DNA of 61,705 nucleotides, counting the filler, from Bipalium vagum (lineage: Eukaryota), in assembly GCA_037834085.1 (NCBI GenBank). It is 3 parts of 3 records of this genome, joined end to end, with 100 filler letters (N's around TTAATTAATTAA, not from the genome) between each part and the next. Parts side by side here need not be neighbours in the genome. Positions count along the whole stretch, not along the records: positions 39,171 to 61,705 come from JBBMKC010220352.1; 2 more parts are not named here. One strand, given 5' to 3'. Positions 40,019 through 52,538 of this stretch are shown piece after piece. The notes beneath the pieces were generated by a model, which was not told the DNA's origin, searched no databases, and saw only the letters and a program-made list of their open reading frames with translations. How positions within the stretch are numbered: position 1 is the stretch's first letter; each line of letters begins with the position of its first letter. The position numbers and the translations under genes were made by a program.

Positions 40019-40042
40019 CTCCTAATCTTCTATCTCTTAAGG
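40019..40042 (+). CDS. candidate 24-nt symmetric phase-1 micro-exon (xPNLLSLK)
   Basis: TGCTTTTTTAACCTTTGCTGAGTTCTTTCAG|CTCCTAATCTTCTATCTCTTAAGG|GTAAGA. Strong acceptor and donor, branch-like TTAAC, two upstream TGC. Confidence 0.6.
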
Positions 40043-40249
40043 GTAAGATAATATTATTAGGTAATTAACTCTCTTAATACTTGATCACTATTCAAAAAAA
40101 TATGGTATTGTTCGTGTTAAAATTCATAAAGCAAGCTGAAAGTAAAAGGAGAGTTTGAAACAGTAACACATAAAAATGATATTAAAATTATAAATGTTCA
40201 TTAATATCTATCATCAGAATCCATTTTGCTCTCAACATCAGAATCCTTC

Positions 40250-40335
40250 GGTAGACATCCCTTGTAAACATTTCGCCCGATGCAAATAAATGTGGTGGCA
40301 TGACATCACCCTCATTTGAAACAACGCTTTAAAAG
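40250..40335 (-). mobile_element. maT (Bmmar1-like) fragment
   Basis: Minus strand VVSNEGDVMPPHLF..G....DVY. Confidence 0.6.
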
Positions 40336-40539
40336 TTTACTCTTAACTTAGTGACCGTTAAGAAAACAATCGACTGTCCCTTCTAATAAATGAAAAGTTA
40401 AAACAAAAGATCGGAAAAAATAACAGTGACAATAAAATTACTTAATCCTCATGTCATTGATGCGTTCTTTGAATCGATATTCAATATATTAATTAAAATA
40501 ATCTCCATCACAATCAACCACACTTTTCTACCAAGATAA

Positions 40540-40918
40540 AAGTTTAAAACCTGTCCAGTCGAAGAGAGTGGTAACTTTAAATTCAATTTCTTCTCCATTT
40601 TGAATCGACTTCTTCTTGAAATTATGGTTTAGAGATAAAAGATATTGTAATCAATAAGAGAAATATCGGAAGAATATGGAGAATATGGCGAGACGGAATT
40701 AGCAGATTTTATCCCAGATAACATATGTAAAGAATCCAAGTCTCAACTCATACAAAAAGCACAATTAAACAGTTAATAGACTGAAGCTCACTCTTCAAAA
40801 TCTTAATTAACTTATTCAATATAACTTTATATCATTATTTAAAAATATATACATCACAATACAACGTTAATAATTTCACATAAACAAATGACATGAACTT
40901 ACATTGGTTTCCTAATAT
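40540..40918 (-). mobile_element. mariner remnant
   Basis: PYSPYSSDISLIDY on the minus strand. Mariner-like terminus CATTGGTTTCCTAATA. Confidence 0.55.
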
Positions 40919-41439
40919 TATTATTACTATTTCATATTTATGTTACAAAAGACGTAAGAGGGGAAATTATCATATCATTAATAATAATAATAATATAACT
41001 ATATTTGGAATTATATATCAACATCAATCAATAAAATAATAAATATAAAATACGCTAATCCAATAATCATTGTGATGATGTGAGGTGCTACAATTTAAAA
41101 TTAATTTTAATATATTTATACATTATTTTAAATATGAAAAAGATAAATAAAATACATTTATGCATCATTTGTGAAAAATCAATTCTCTCACACCTTTTTG
41201 ATTTCTTCAATAAATAAACATAAAATATTATCGCTTATCATTTAATTAGAATTATTGTTTTTACAGATAATCCATCGCTTAAAATATTTAATAATTTAAT
41301 TCATTTTGCTTAAAGTCCAATTTAAATTGATTATTGGTTTTTTAGTTAAATCAATTTTTAATAAATTTAATAGTAATTTTTATTATATTCGTAAAAAAAT
41401 ATTGTTAATATCATAATTAATAATTTATTTTTTCTTAAG

Positions 41440-41514
41440 ATTTTATTGAGCAAACCAAGTCTTCAATATCGAACTATTTATATGCAGAAGACGAAGGAAT
41501 GAAATTCACACAGG
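41440..41514 (+). CDS. candidate 75-nt symmetric phase-1 exon (DFIEQTKSSISNYLYAEDEGMKFTQ)
   Basis: TTTATTTTTTCTTAAG|...CAGG|GTAAT. A GC-richer island whose edges coincide with the splice sites. Open in the phase-1 frame. Confidence 0.58.
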
Positions 41515-42393
41515 GTAATCTAACTTTTGTATTATTATTTTAATATTTTTTTTTATATAATTTTCAATATTTTGTTTTTTTTTTAATATTTTTTTGTAGT
41601 TTTGGTTCTTAATTCGAAATTTATCACAATGTAATTTCATAAAAAAAACTATTTAATAGCAATAAAATTCATAAAAAATATTCATGAAAATATGAAATCA
41701 ATCAATAGTGAGATAAGGAAGGAATTTTAATTGTGATTCTGAATTTTAAATATTTTAATCCTGACTGTTTAAAACAAATCAAAACTCATTAAAATTAAAA
41801 CATAGATATAAAACATGAAGGTTTTCAATAATTACTTATTTGCTTTATGGACAGTTATTTAAAATAAATTAAAATTTATTATAATGAAAAAATAAATACA
41901 AACATTTAAGATAAAAATAAAAAATATAAGATCTCAATTAATAGATTCAGAGAATTTCGATAAAAATAATTTGTTAGGAATAAAAATAAATAAATAAAAT
42001 AAAATCTTTTTAAAAAATTTGAAAATAACAATAAAATAAGACATGATAAATAACAAAATAATTATCTCTATCTTGGAGGAATAAATAAAAGATGTGTACA
42101 TCAAAGGAGATGAAATGACAATCCGAAAGATAATATTTATTAAGGGTACAAGAGAATATATTGAATGAGTTTTTGTAGAATAATTAATCAGTAAATTGAA
42201 ATCAATACCAAAAAATATGAATGAAAAAGAATATATCGAAATTATTTGAAAATTTTAAAAAAATAAATGATATATATGAAATATAAAAATATTTTTATTA
42301 TTTTTAATTATAATAATTTAAATCTTTTATAACAAACTTTATTGATATGAATATAATTTCCGTTGAATAATTCAATTTCAACATGCATTTTAG

Positions 42394-42405
42394 AACCGCA
42401 AATTG
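42394..42405 (+). CDS. candidate 12-nt symmetric phase-1 micro-exon (EPQI)
   Basis: CATGCATTTTAG|AACCGCAAATTG|GTAAAT, with TGC just upstream of the acceptor. Confidence 0.45.
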
Positions 42406-42608
42406 GTAAATAATTATCTTTTTTGAATTCAAAGTGTGAACTGATTTTATCTTTATGTATAAATAATAAATAAAATATTATTTATTTGCAATAGAATTAT
42501 CCTAATCTTTACAAAGTATAATTCCACATAACCACTCTGGTAAAAATATTTATTTCTCTCTAAATTTTTACAAATATTTTTCTAAATAAATATTCATATA
42601 CGGAACAG

Positions 42609-42632
42609 AATTTTCGCAACATTTTGCAAATG
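42609..42632 (+). CDS. candidate 24-nt symmetric phase-1 micro-exon (EFSQHFAN)
   Basis: AACAG|AATTTTCGCAACATTTTGCAAATG|GTAATA. Weak polypyrimidine tract. Could instead be a decayed mariner F..F.NGN motif. Confidence 0.33.
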
Positions 42633-43474
42633 GTAATACGTGAAATGTTTGATAAAAATATTTATTTATTCTTAAATATTTCTCTATAGAAATTAAAATT
42701 GTTCGTTTTTAATATATTTTAATGTATAGAGAGAATATGTGGATATTATTTGACAAAAGATTATTAAATAAATTTATTAGCCAATACTCTTCTTTTACTA
42801 TTGAGGAATTTCTTAATTTAGTATTACTGTTTTATTTCCGCTGTCTATTATTCTAATTCGGATAAAAAAGATTTCTAATGCAAAATATTTGTATTTCATT
42901 TTTATTTTTATTTTTATATTTCGATTTGATATTGAAAAGGTTGTTTGAGAGTAACAATTAAATCATTATTTATTTTTTTATGAATTTACTCACCTAATGA
43001 TTTTTTAAATGAAAATTAAGATTTAATATTAAATTATTAATTTTCTTGTGATACATTCACAAAATCTTTTCTTATTTTTAAGATTATATTTGTAAAGATT
43101 AAATGTGACCTTCACAAAATTCACAAATTCAAATATTTTCATCATTATTTTATAGTTATTTTCATTTTAACCGATCTCGCTCTAAATATCACATCTTAAA
43201 AATACTTGTTTGGATTAAAATCGGATATTCGCTTTTGGTCTCCAAATCCTATTGAACCAAAACTTCTAAATTCTTTTAAGTTTAATTTGGTGGCAGACTT
43301 TTCTTTTCTGTCTCAATTTTTGTGAAAGAATACTTTCTCGCTTGTATTAAGTTTTAAAGAAATTAATGGCGGTTCTATGACTTCATTTTTGCAATATGAA
43401 TTGTTAAATGAAATTTTGTTTTATTATTTAATAATATAAATTTGTTTATATCTTATGTAAAAGCAAAATCGATT

Positions 43475-44582
43475 AAAAAGTTAAGTCAACAAAATTTTTA
43501 ATAAAGAAAAATTATCTCAGACTTTTTAGGAATTTGTAAACGACGTGAACGACATCTAAATTAGAGCAGAGTTCCTTTATGAATACAAAAAGTGTCGTAA
43601 TGCTACACAAACTGCTCGAAATTTGAACCGCATGTTTGGAGAACGTAGCGCTCAATACTGGTTTCACAGATAAGGATGGAGATGGTCGTGGTAAAAATCT
43701 TCTATTTCAATGACGATTTAAAGACACTGGTTTCCGTACAAAATAATAATATAATAATACACTCCGCGTACAACTGTTTGAAAGCTTAGCTGTGAACTAG
43801 GTGTTTCAGCTATGACCGTTCCCAACCATCTGCGACAAATAAAATATTCAAAGAAGCTTGACAAATGGGTTCCACACGATTTGATAAAAAAGCAAAAATT
43901 TTGAGATCTTGTCAGCACTTCTTTTGCACAACGAAAAAGAACTTTTTGGTATCTGATGAGAAATGAATTCTGTATGACAACCGCCAAATATTCAGCAGAG
44001 GTTAGATCGACATGAACCTCCAAAACCTTTTCGTAAACCTAAGTTTCACCAACTGGAGCTTTTGGTGACTATTTGTGGGTGTTCCTCTAATTTGATCTAT
44101 TATAAATTATTGAAATGTTGTCAAACAATGACCACAGAAAAATAATATGTGGAAATATAAAAAATGAATCATAAGCTGAAGTGCATCTACCCAGCATTGG
44201 TCAATAGAAATTGTTTTTCCATGATAACACCAGACCACATTTCGCGCAATCTACCATACAAAATTTGAACCGGCTTGATTTTAAAAATCTGGCTCACCAA
44301 GACTACTCATCAGACCTCTCGCCTATTGATTATTATTTCTTCAAACATTTAGACGACTTCTTCAGCGAGAGAACCCTACCAGATGATAATGATGTCATAA
44401 AGCCTTTGAAGATTTTTTAACATTTTTAATCGAGATAAATAAGCTTGTGAATCTTTGAGAGAAATGTGGACAGTATAATGGTTTCTATTTAGATAAGTAA
44501 ATTTTTGTTTAAGCTGTGATTTGTTCATTTGAAGTTCAATGTTGGAAAACGCCATAATAAGATTCTTTTGAGCAACATTCTA
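43475..44582 (+). mobile_element. mariner element, near full length, pseudogenised
   Basis: IRAEFLYEYKK, KKLDKWVPHDL, DEK*ILYDN, FHDNTRPH, QDYSSDLSPIDYYFFKHL, YNGFYLDK. Confidence 0.9.
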
Positions 44583-45717
44583 CAGTTGTTTCCTAGTTGG
44601 CTTTGTCTTTTTAATTTCACTTTCATAAAATACTTTAGAAATATAACACATAATGTAAAATCGTAAAATAAGCAAAAATGTATGGCGTCCGATTATTTTG
44701 TTGCACTGGAATTTGATAGATGAAACTTCAGAAAGACTTTTGTTTAATAACATAAATTCTAACACGAGTATTTTTATATAGAGAACGTCCTTTAAGTCAG
44801 ACCTTTTAAAAGTTTTATCCAATAACATTTGATCACAAAAACTGGGATAAATGCAGCACATGTATGAAAATTATGTTTTGTTCGATCATATTTTTTGCAA
44901 ACTATCATTATTATTTTAAGAAGATCTGATTATACTATGAAGAATCATTATGTATATTAAGTATTAACTTAAGTGTGTTTGATTTAAACAAGAAAATTGT
45001 ACATGACTTTCGTGATCAATGGAGCATTAGATAGAAAATAATGTTAAACAATTAATTTTATAAAAAAAATATTATTTTGCCGAGGAATAATTTCGAAATG
45101 GCAACTTGTCTGGGACTTGGAATAGTCCGATTGTTTTAATAAATCACTCTTACAACTTCATTTATTACGAAAGAATTATTATTCGACTGTCATGTGAAGT
45201 ATACTTTATTATCATTAAAAGATGATTTTAAAGTTATTTATTGACCCTGATCACATTGTCTTGGTCATTGAACGCGAACATTTGGGATTTGTGGTAAATA
45301 GGTTACTGTTTTTTTAAAATAATTAAATTAATTTTAATATCCTTTACGTATAAATGTTTGGTGAACATGAACCACTGTTGCTATCTAGACATTATTTCAG
45401 TATGTAGACCTACAAAAATTTCAATATACAACTGAAATTCGTGTATGAGGGGTCTTTTTAACTTAAAAGAGAATGAATGTCAAATTAATCTGTTCTTTCT
45501 TCTTGGACAATACCAATATCCAATCCTACAAATATAACAGAAATTTAAAATTGAGTTAAGAAGTACCTTCATAATAATGTCACTGTTTTATAATAAATTT
45601 TAAACCTATCATCACTTTTGAATATCAAGTGAGATAGAAAATCTCAGGATAAGCGGAATAGTCCCTATCCTGTGGGAGGCCGGGTATAACGATATAGATA
45701 CATAACTATAATGATAT

Positions 45718-45758
45718 TGAGATTGAAACCAGGTCATTCCGCAGTAACCATCGGTCCA
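45718..45758 (-). mobile_element. possible tRNA-derived SINE head (degenerate A/B boxes)
   Basis: Minus strand TGGACCGATGG (A-box-like)...GGTTTCAATCTC (B-box-like), with shortened spacing. Confidence 0.3.
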
Positions 45759-46151
45759 TATTTTAGAAAAATGATTACGATAGAATATTTGCCTGGTAAT
45801 ATTTACCCATGGGACACCTAAGCAGTTTACTTATTTTTCTTATTCATATGAATATCTGTGATAGTTATAACAAAGTAACATGAAAGAAAAAAAGGATTTC
45901 AATCGATTAAATATTTACAATTTTATTGATTTTTATTTTGAATCTGGTACGAATATTTCTCACTACTAACATTAATAAAAATTATTTTTCACCTAATTAA
46001 AATTTATCATTTAATAAGGTAATAATTGGATAATTGAAAATATCAAATTAAGTAAAAATCAATATAAACTAAATTAAAATAGATCGATCAAATCAAACAA
46101 TTATTTCATCATATTCAATTATTTACAAATAGAATAGAAAATTAGTTATAT

Positions 46152-46745
46152 CTGGTTGAGTAAAAAATCCTCATATTTTTATGAAAAATTTCAAAGTCGA
46201 TTTTTTAATGCTTTCAAAATATATGCACCACTTAAATCAACGACCTTTTGCCAACTGTCAGGTAATTTGAAAATATCATCCATCCAGAATTTCTCTGGTT
46301 TCATATCGATAAACTCTTCCAGGTGCTTTTGCCAACTCTGTTAAGAACTGGAGTTTTTTCCAAGATAATTCTGTAAGGTCAGGTATAAATAAAAATCTGG
46401 TGGTAAGAGAACTAAGTGGGGCAAAACATCCAAGCCAAACTGCAATAACTTTGGTTGGATCTGTAAAGAAACATGTAGTCTCAAGTAATCTTGTTGAAGA
46501 TTACACCATATTTACTGCTCAAACACGGTCGCTTTGTTTCAATTGCTGCCTTCAAATTACCGAGCTGACTACAGTAATTACTGGAATTGATTGTTTCAAA
46601 ATGTTTAATTAACTCATAATATGATTCTTTTCCAGCTCCGCCAAATACACCGCAATACCTCTTTTTGATGTATTAACAAGGATTGTAGCAGATCGTCGTT
46701 TAGCTTGTTTACTGATTGTAATCCAATCTTCTTCATTCAACTCAG
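46152..46745 (-). mobile_element. mariner 3' remnant
   Basis: Minus strand ETREFWMDDIFKLPDSWQKVVDLSGAYI and LQNYLG. Terminus TGGTTGAGTAAAAAATCC. Confidence 0.75.
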
Positions 46746-47399
46746 AAACAAATATACAGGGTCAATCGGCAAATGAACTTTTCTCGTAGGAATAGACCTC
46801 AATTTTGGTTGAATATTTTGAAAACTCCAAAAATTAAAATATTCAATCCGACAATTTGTTAAGTTTCTCAAAAATCCAGAGCTAATTATTAACAAATCGG
46901 CTGAGAACTAAACATTTAGAAGGTCTTTATAAAGATAGTGTCAAGAAATAAATAAAATCAAGAAATTAAAATAAAAATAGTTTATTTTTTATATTTCTAA
47001 TTAAAAAATTGATAATGTGTAGAAATGATTCTTATTACTAATGAAAATACCCCAAATGTTCGGTTTATTAAAGTAGAGAACGTAACGATCAGTATCTATC
47101 AGTATCTCTGAAATCATTCAAGATTATAGTTTGCTACCCTAATAATTATGCAACGTTGAAAATAAAAATACCTGGAACAGAAACGAAAAGGAAAAATAAA
47201 AACGCTATTTATTCTTAGTTCTAAACCCATAATATTTATTTAAAAGAATTTATAAATAGGAATAAGAAGCTGATCGTTACATTTCCATGTACAATAATTT
47301 ATACTGAGTAATTCACAATTACTGGATATATTTTAATATAATAATAAATAAAATAAATTTAGTCACATGGTTAACCTCACATTTCAAAAATTTTAACAT

Positions 47400-48350
47400 T
47401 CAATTATATTTTTTGACAAAAATGTTAACCTTCCGTAATAATTTCCCTTTTTATGCATTTCGAAAAAAATCTAAGCATGGGTCGAAAATATGCTGTACAA
47501 TTTTCAGTGGTAATTGTTACATTTCAATTAATTCAAATAGGCGCTTTTTGTTATCTGATCTTTCTTATCGGACGCATTGTTTTCATTTGGAAAACATGTT
47601 CTCAATTGGATTGAGGAACGGGGAATATGGAGGTGAAAGTAGAAGAATATGCCTCTTTTCCTCAATCAATTCTCTGACCACTTTACATTTATGAAATGGC
47701 ACATTATCTGTAATAATTATTGATTTGACGGTTCGTTCAGTTTCAATATGTTTCATTAGGGAGGAAATGAAAGCAGTGAAGATACTTGAATTGTAAGCGG
47801 TTGTCTGCGCATTATATTTAGTAATGCCAAGTTTGGTAATGACACACTGACACATTGATATATTTCTGGAACTTATCCAGATACATTTTGAACTGCATTT
47901 GTACCTCTGTGCAATTGTCTGTTTACATCTCATAGATACATTAAAACATAATTCATCGAAATAGAGGCGGTTCTCATCAATTATTGATAATAAATTAAAG
48001 AAATAGTTGGAATATTTTTTGCTATTATCGAAAGATTTTTCATTTCAAAAAAAAGTTATAACAGTAAAATGAAAACAATACCATCACCAAACGGATAAGT
48101 CTTCCTGGTTCTGATACCAACGACAAAACCCTTAACAGATCGCTGGCTATGAGTCGAATTCAACAGAACCCGAGATTGTATCCATAAAACAAATATTCAT
48201 TTTTCAAATAACGCTCAATTTTCTGGATTTGGTGCAATACCTTATCTACTTAATTAAATTTTACTGATCGCTGTTAAATATTTAATCTTTTAGGTCTTGA
48301 ATAATGCACACATCATCCTTGATATCCTGATGCTATTAATTATTATTAAA
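47400..48350 (-). mobile_element. IS630/Tc1-like DD34E transposase remnant
   Basis: ORF 47583-47933: IITDNVPFHK...PPYSPFLNPIENMFSK, 34 residues between D and E. Upstream LYFDE. Confidence 0.85.
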
Positions 48351-48979
48351 TATTAAAAACGTTAAATTTATTAATAATTTTTATATTCCAATATTCACTT
48401 TTTATATTTATTTAGTTGTCAAAATTGTAGAAAAATCAGTAGCTATTCTTGGTGAAGAATTTTCTTTACAATGCTTTTCAACCTTTTCTACCATTACTGA
48501 TGATTCTTCAGTATTGTGGCTACACAATGGGTCCTCTAAATATCTTAGTCAAATGATAGATGTTCAGACAACCATACAATGGTTGACCAACAGTACCTTG
48601 TTAAGCAATCTCATCATACCAAAGCTGACTATAAAACATGTCGGGTTTTGGTCTTGTGTACAATATTTTAATTCACATATTAATTACAATTACAAAGCCA
48701 GTTTTACGCTGGTAATACCAGGTTTGATATATGAATTTTTTCAAGATATTCTATAATTTATTACTAATTTAAAGTTTCGATTAATTATAAGGATTGTGTG
48801 TTAATTACAGTCTAAAATTAAAATTAGCTGTAAATTTAGGTATTTTTTTAATAAAGTCAAAATAAAAATTTATTTTGAATATTTGAAAATATAATATAAG
48901 TTAAGATAAGTTCAGAAATACTATTTGTTTAAATAAGCGCAATAAATACATAAGTCAAAATTACATTTCAGATATGTCC

Positions 48980-49735
48980 TAATGGGCTTATTTGATATAC
49001 AAACTCCAAAAATATCGTATGAAACGATCAATAGCCGCTTGAAGGATATTGGCTTTCTTTCTTTTTCTCCAGCACACAATCTCTTCCTTTCAAAGGCTCA
49101 CAAAACAGTGCATTTGTTGTGGGCACAACAGCGTTCGCCAAACAAACTGGTCAGCAATCATTTTTCAGTGATGAATCAAAATTCCAGATGAATAATAGAC
49201 AACAATTTGTATGGCGTAGGAAAAGCACTAAACTGCAGGATAGGTTTGTTACTTATCTTCCAAACAGAAGTTCATGTCACTGCATGGTGTGTGGATTGTT
49301 TTCTAGAGATGGTTACAGTAATTTGGTTAGAATTCCACAACGGCTTAATTCTGAAGGATATGTTGAGCTATTAGAACAGAACCTCCTTCCTTTCGTCGAT
49401 CAAATGAACACTATAATTCTATCAGCAAGACAATGCACCAATCCATACTGCCAAATTTACAAGAGATTGGTTCGATGATCATGACTTACCTCTTCTGTCG
49501 TGGCCAGAAATCAGTCCCGATGCTAACCACATCAAAAATTTGTCGGGGCACATGAAACATCAGCTTAATCATATGCTAATAAAGCTAACTACATCTGACA
49601 CCTGTTCAGCAAGTTTCAGGATTTGTGGATCACTATCATGGGAGAAGAGAATTATCGGTACAATCATGTAGATTCTATGGAGCGAAGGCTTTCCGCAATA
49701 ATCGATGTAGCTGGAATATATACGAAATATTAACA
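48980..49735 (+). mobile_element. Tc1 (DD34E) transposase remnant
   Basis: FSDESKF, VWRR, LNSEGYVELLEQNLLPF, QQDNAPIHTAK, WPEISPD.NHIKNL. Confidence 0.88.
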
Positions 49736-49809
49736 ATTTATTTTTTCTGTATATAAATATAATATAAATGTAATTTTTTTTACTGGACAATTTAATGTAT
49801 CAGACTGTA

Positions 49810-50480
49810 TTTATTCAGTAGTGATAGCGCATCAAATGATTGAGAAAAATATGCTGATGAATTTGCATCGTTGCCAAACTGAAAATTCTGGTTCATCATA
49901 TTTAAATCAGATGAATTCGATTTGATTGAAAAAGTCAGAGAAAAAGAGTTTATGATGGTGAGTTGTTACAGGTTATGAAAAATGGATTTATTTTCATAAA
50001 GCTAAAAGAAGAAATCATGATTAGATCGAGGACAGATATCAATGTCCATCACAAAGCACAATAATTATAAAAAGAAATTAATAATTTAATTATTAATTAA
50101 TTAGTTTAATTTTATTGACATGGAAAGTGTCGAAATCATATTTTCTATCGTCAATTGAAGACTATTAGACCTACAATTGAAAATCCTTCTGCACTTACTG
50201 TACACTCCAGATATAGCTTCAACAAGTTTTATTTCTTAGGTCAATTTCACATTCTCTGAATGATATGCAATTCAATTGATACAAAGACTTTCAAAATTGA
50301 ATGTCTAATTTAATTGTTTTAAAAGAAAAATCATTTTATCACCGCTGAATATCCATGTTTGCAGATTTATGGAATGAATTCATTTTTAACGATGGAAAAT
50401 AATTCATTGATTTTTGTCTATTTGTCATAAAATCAATATTAAAAATTAATTAAAGTCTTAATCTAATGCATCCTCCAAAT
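49810..50480 (+). mobile_element. mariner 3' remnant
   Basis: ILLHLLYTPDIAS..FYFL and W......NDGK*F traces. Confidence 0.55.
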
Positions 50481-51089
50481 ATTTAAATACAATATAATAA
50501 AATTTTTTAGTATTAATCGAGAAATTATCAAAAATATATAATATTTTGAAAATATATATATCATAAATAATATTTACAGAAAACATTAATTATTTTGATT
50601 GAAAACATATTTATTAATCGGTTCAATCAAAAATGTGACCATTTTAATAAAAAAAATTAATATTTTTCACGCTTAATTAAAGTAACTTACAAGAAATTAA
50701 TAAGAGTCCGTTAAAATAATCTAAGAAATAAATGTGTACAAAGAAATATATTAAGAAGTACATTTTTATAAATTATTATTATTATTTTAATTAATATTAA
50801 AAAAACTTGTATCAATAGAAAGGTTTTTAAATTTAATCATTTTAGTAGCAAATAAATATTAATTTACTTTTTTAATTATTAAAAATATTATTAAACATAA
50901 TACTGCAATTATTATCATTAAAATGTATTTCACTAAATAAATAAATTTATTGTTTAAATAAATAATTTCATAAAAAAATATAAATATAATCTCTATTTTT
51001 CTTTCTATGACATAAAATAATAAAAATTAATGAATTTTTTTAATCTCGCACAGTATATATATTTTCAAAAATTCTAATTAATCAAATGT

Positions 51090-51320
51090 AATCAAAGTAT
51101 TTTCCATTTACAGATATGACATTGGACCATATTTTGGGCAACAAATGGATTACATGAAAAAAAACCCTGGCTCTTTTAAAGAAATCCAGCTATCAGTCCA
51201 GTTTTGAACCGCTTCCCAGAAACTGCACATTGCATCAAGCGGAACACATGGAAATGCGAAGGACTAAAATCTGATGAATATGGGGGGTGATGTAAGACTT
51301 CCCAGTTTGCACCTTCTAAG
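51090..51320 (-). mobile_element. mariner C-terminal fragment
   Basis: Minus strand HPPYSSDFSPSHFHVFRLMQCAVSGKRF...LPKIWSNVISVNGKYFD. Confidence 0.85.
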
Positions 51321-51867
51321 AAATTATTTACAATAGAATGAAAATACGGTCTAGTGTTACCATGTGGTAAAATTATCTCATAATAATAATAATTTATAAT
51401 TCTTAATTTATATTTTTATCATATTTTTTTATATTACTCATTATGAGGAGGTTAATCAGACCACGGGATTTGTATTTATATTATTATTATTAAATCTTAG
51501 TTATATTTATATATATATTTAGTGATATATTAATATTAGAATTAGAAAAAGTAATAACTAAATCTAATTAGAAGTACCATTGTAAAATGTTATTAAGTAT
51601 TTTAAAATTTCTTATTATGTTTTAATTGTCTTATAAACCTAATGTTTTAAAAAATTAATAATAAATCAAAAATGGTAAAATTTAAAAGTATTGATGATAT
51701 ATTAAAATCGAATGGTTTGATAGAATTTGTTTGAAAATTTAAATTATTGGTGTCACTTAAAAAATTTTTTTTAAAAATGTCTTACCTTGATTATAAACTA
51801 ATAGATGTTATAAACTAATAGATAAACACCCAATGGACACTTTAAAAAAGATATTTAAATAATAATA

Positions 51868-52274
51868 CAGTGCAACTTCTATTTTGGATCACAAAATTTC
51901 AAAAGAGGTCCGAAAATAGTAGTTGTCTAATATTAGAAGTTAAGACATAAAAAGACTATAAAACATGTTTTATATGAACTTATATGGAAACTTATTATAG
52001 AAATTTTAAAAAACAACAAGATTCTTTATTGCAAAGTTGCTTGTCAATATTATATTTATCTTCATATGATAATCTTTTACTCATTCCTGATTTTGAAAAT
52101 GTTAGATACCAAAATATTATTAAAACAAATTATTTAATTTTTAGACCAAGAATTTTTTTTATATGAAAATATCGAGAAATATGATAAGTACAAATTATTG
52201 GTCCAAATATGGAGTTTGGTCCGATTACAGAAGTGGTCCATTTCAGAAATTGGTCTAAAATAGAAATTGCACTG
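51868..52274. mobile_element. pogo/Tigger-type MITE (407 bp)
   Basis: TA-flanked TIRs CAGTGCAACTTCTATTTTGGATCA / TGGTCTAAAATAGAAATTGCACTG. Four tandem GGTCY...AGAAGT-like subterminal repeats at the right end. Confidence 0.88.
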
Positions 52275-52523
52275 TAATTAATAATTGTTAAAAAAAATTA
52301 AAAATTAAAATAAAAATTAAAAATTAATTTAACATAAAGCCTCAAAAATGTTAATTACTTAATAGATAATGTACATTTATATTAAAGATTAAAATCATAA
52401 TAACCAGTTATATAGATGACTTCAAAGGGCAATACCAAAATTAAAGTTCAGTGCTCATCCCATGACAATTGTGGGGATAAGTACACTAATATCGTACTAA
52501 TATTCAAATTTCTATTTGTTTAG

Positions 52524-52538
52524 AGCTGTTTATGCTAG
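52524..52538 (+). CDS. candidate 15-nt symmetric phase-1 micro-exon (ELFML)
   Basis: TACTAAT...TTTCTATTTGTTTAG|AGCTGTTTATGCTAG|GTATAA. Branch-point-like TACTAAT. Downstream flank may be TE-derived. Confidence 0.35.
   Translation, partial: SCLC

Noticed and set aside
40019-41514. Family assignment of LLSLKDFIEQTKSSISNYL (recalls N-termini of KLF6/7, ASAP ArfGAPs and p63)
   Set aside because: It resembles several unrelated families equally well from memory, so none is supported without a profile search.
51114-51291. Apparent + strand exon (TTTACAG|...|GTAAGA) with an in-frame TGA, suggesting selenocysteine or frameshifting
   Set aside because: The minus strand is an unmistakable mariner C-terminus (HPPYSSDFSPS..FR.MQ..SGKRF..NGKYF).
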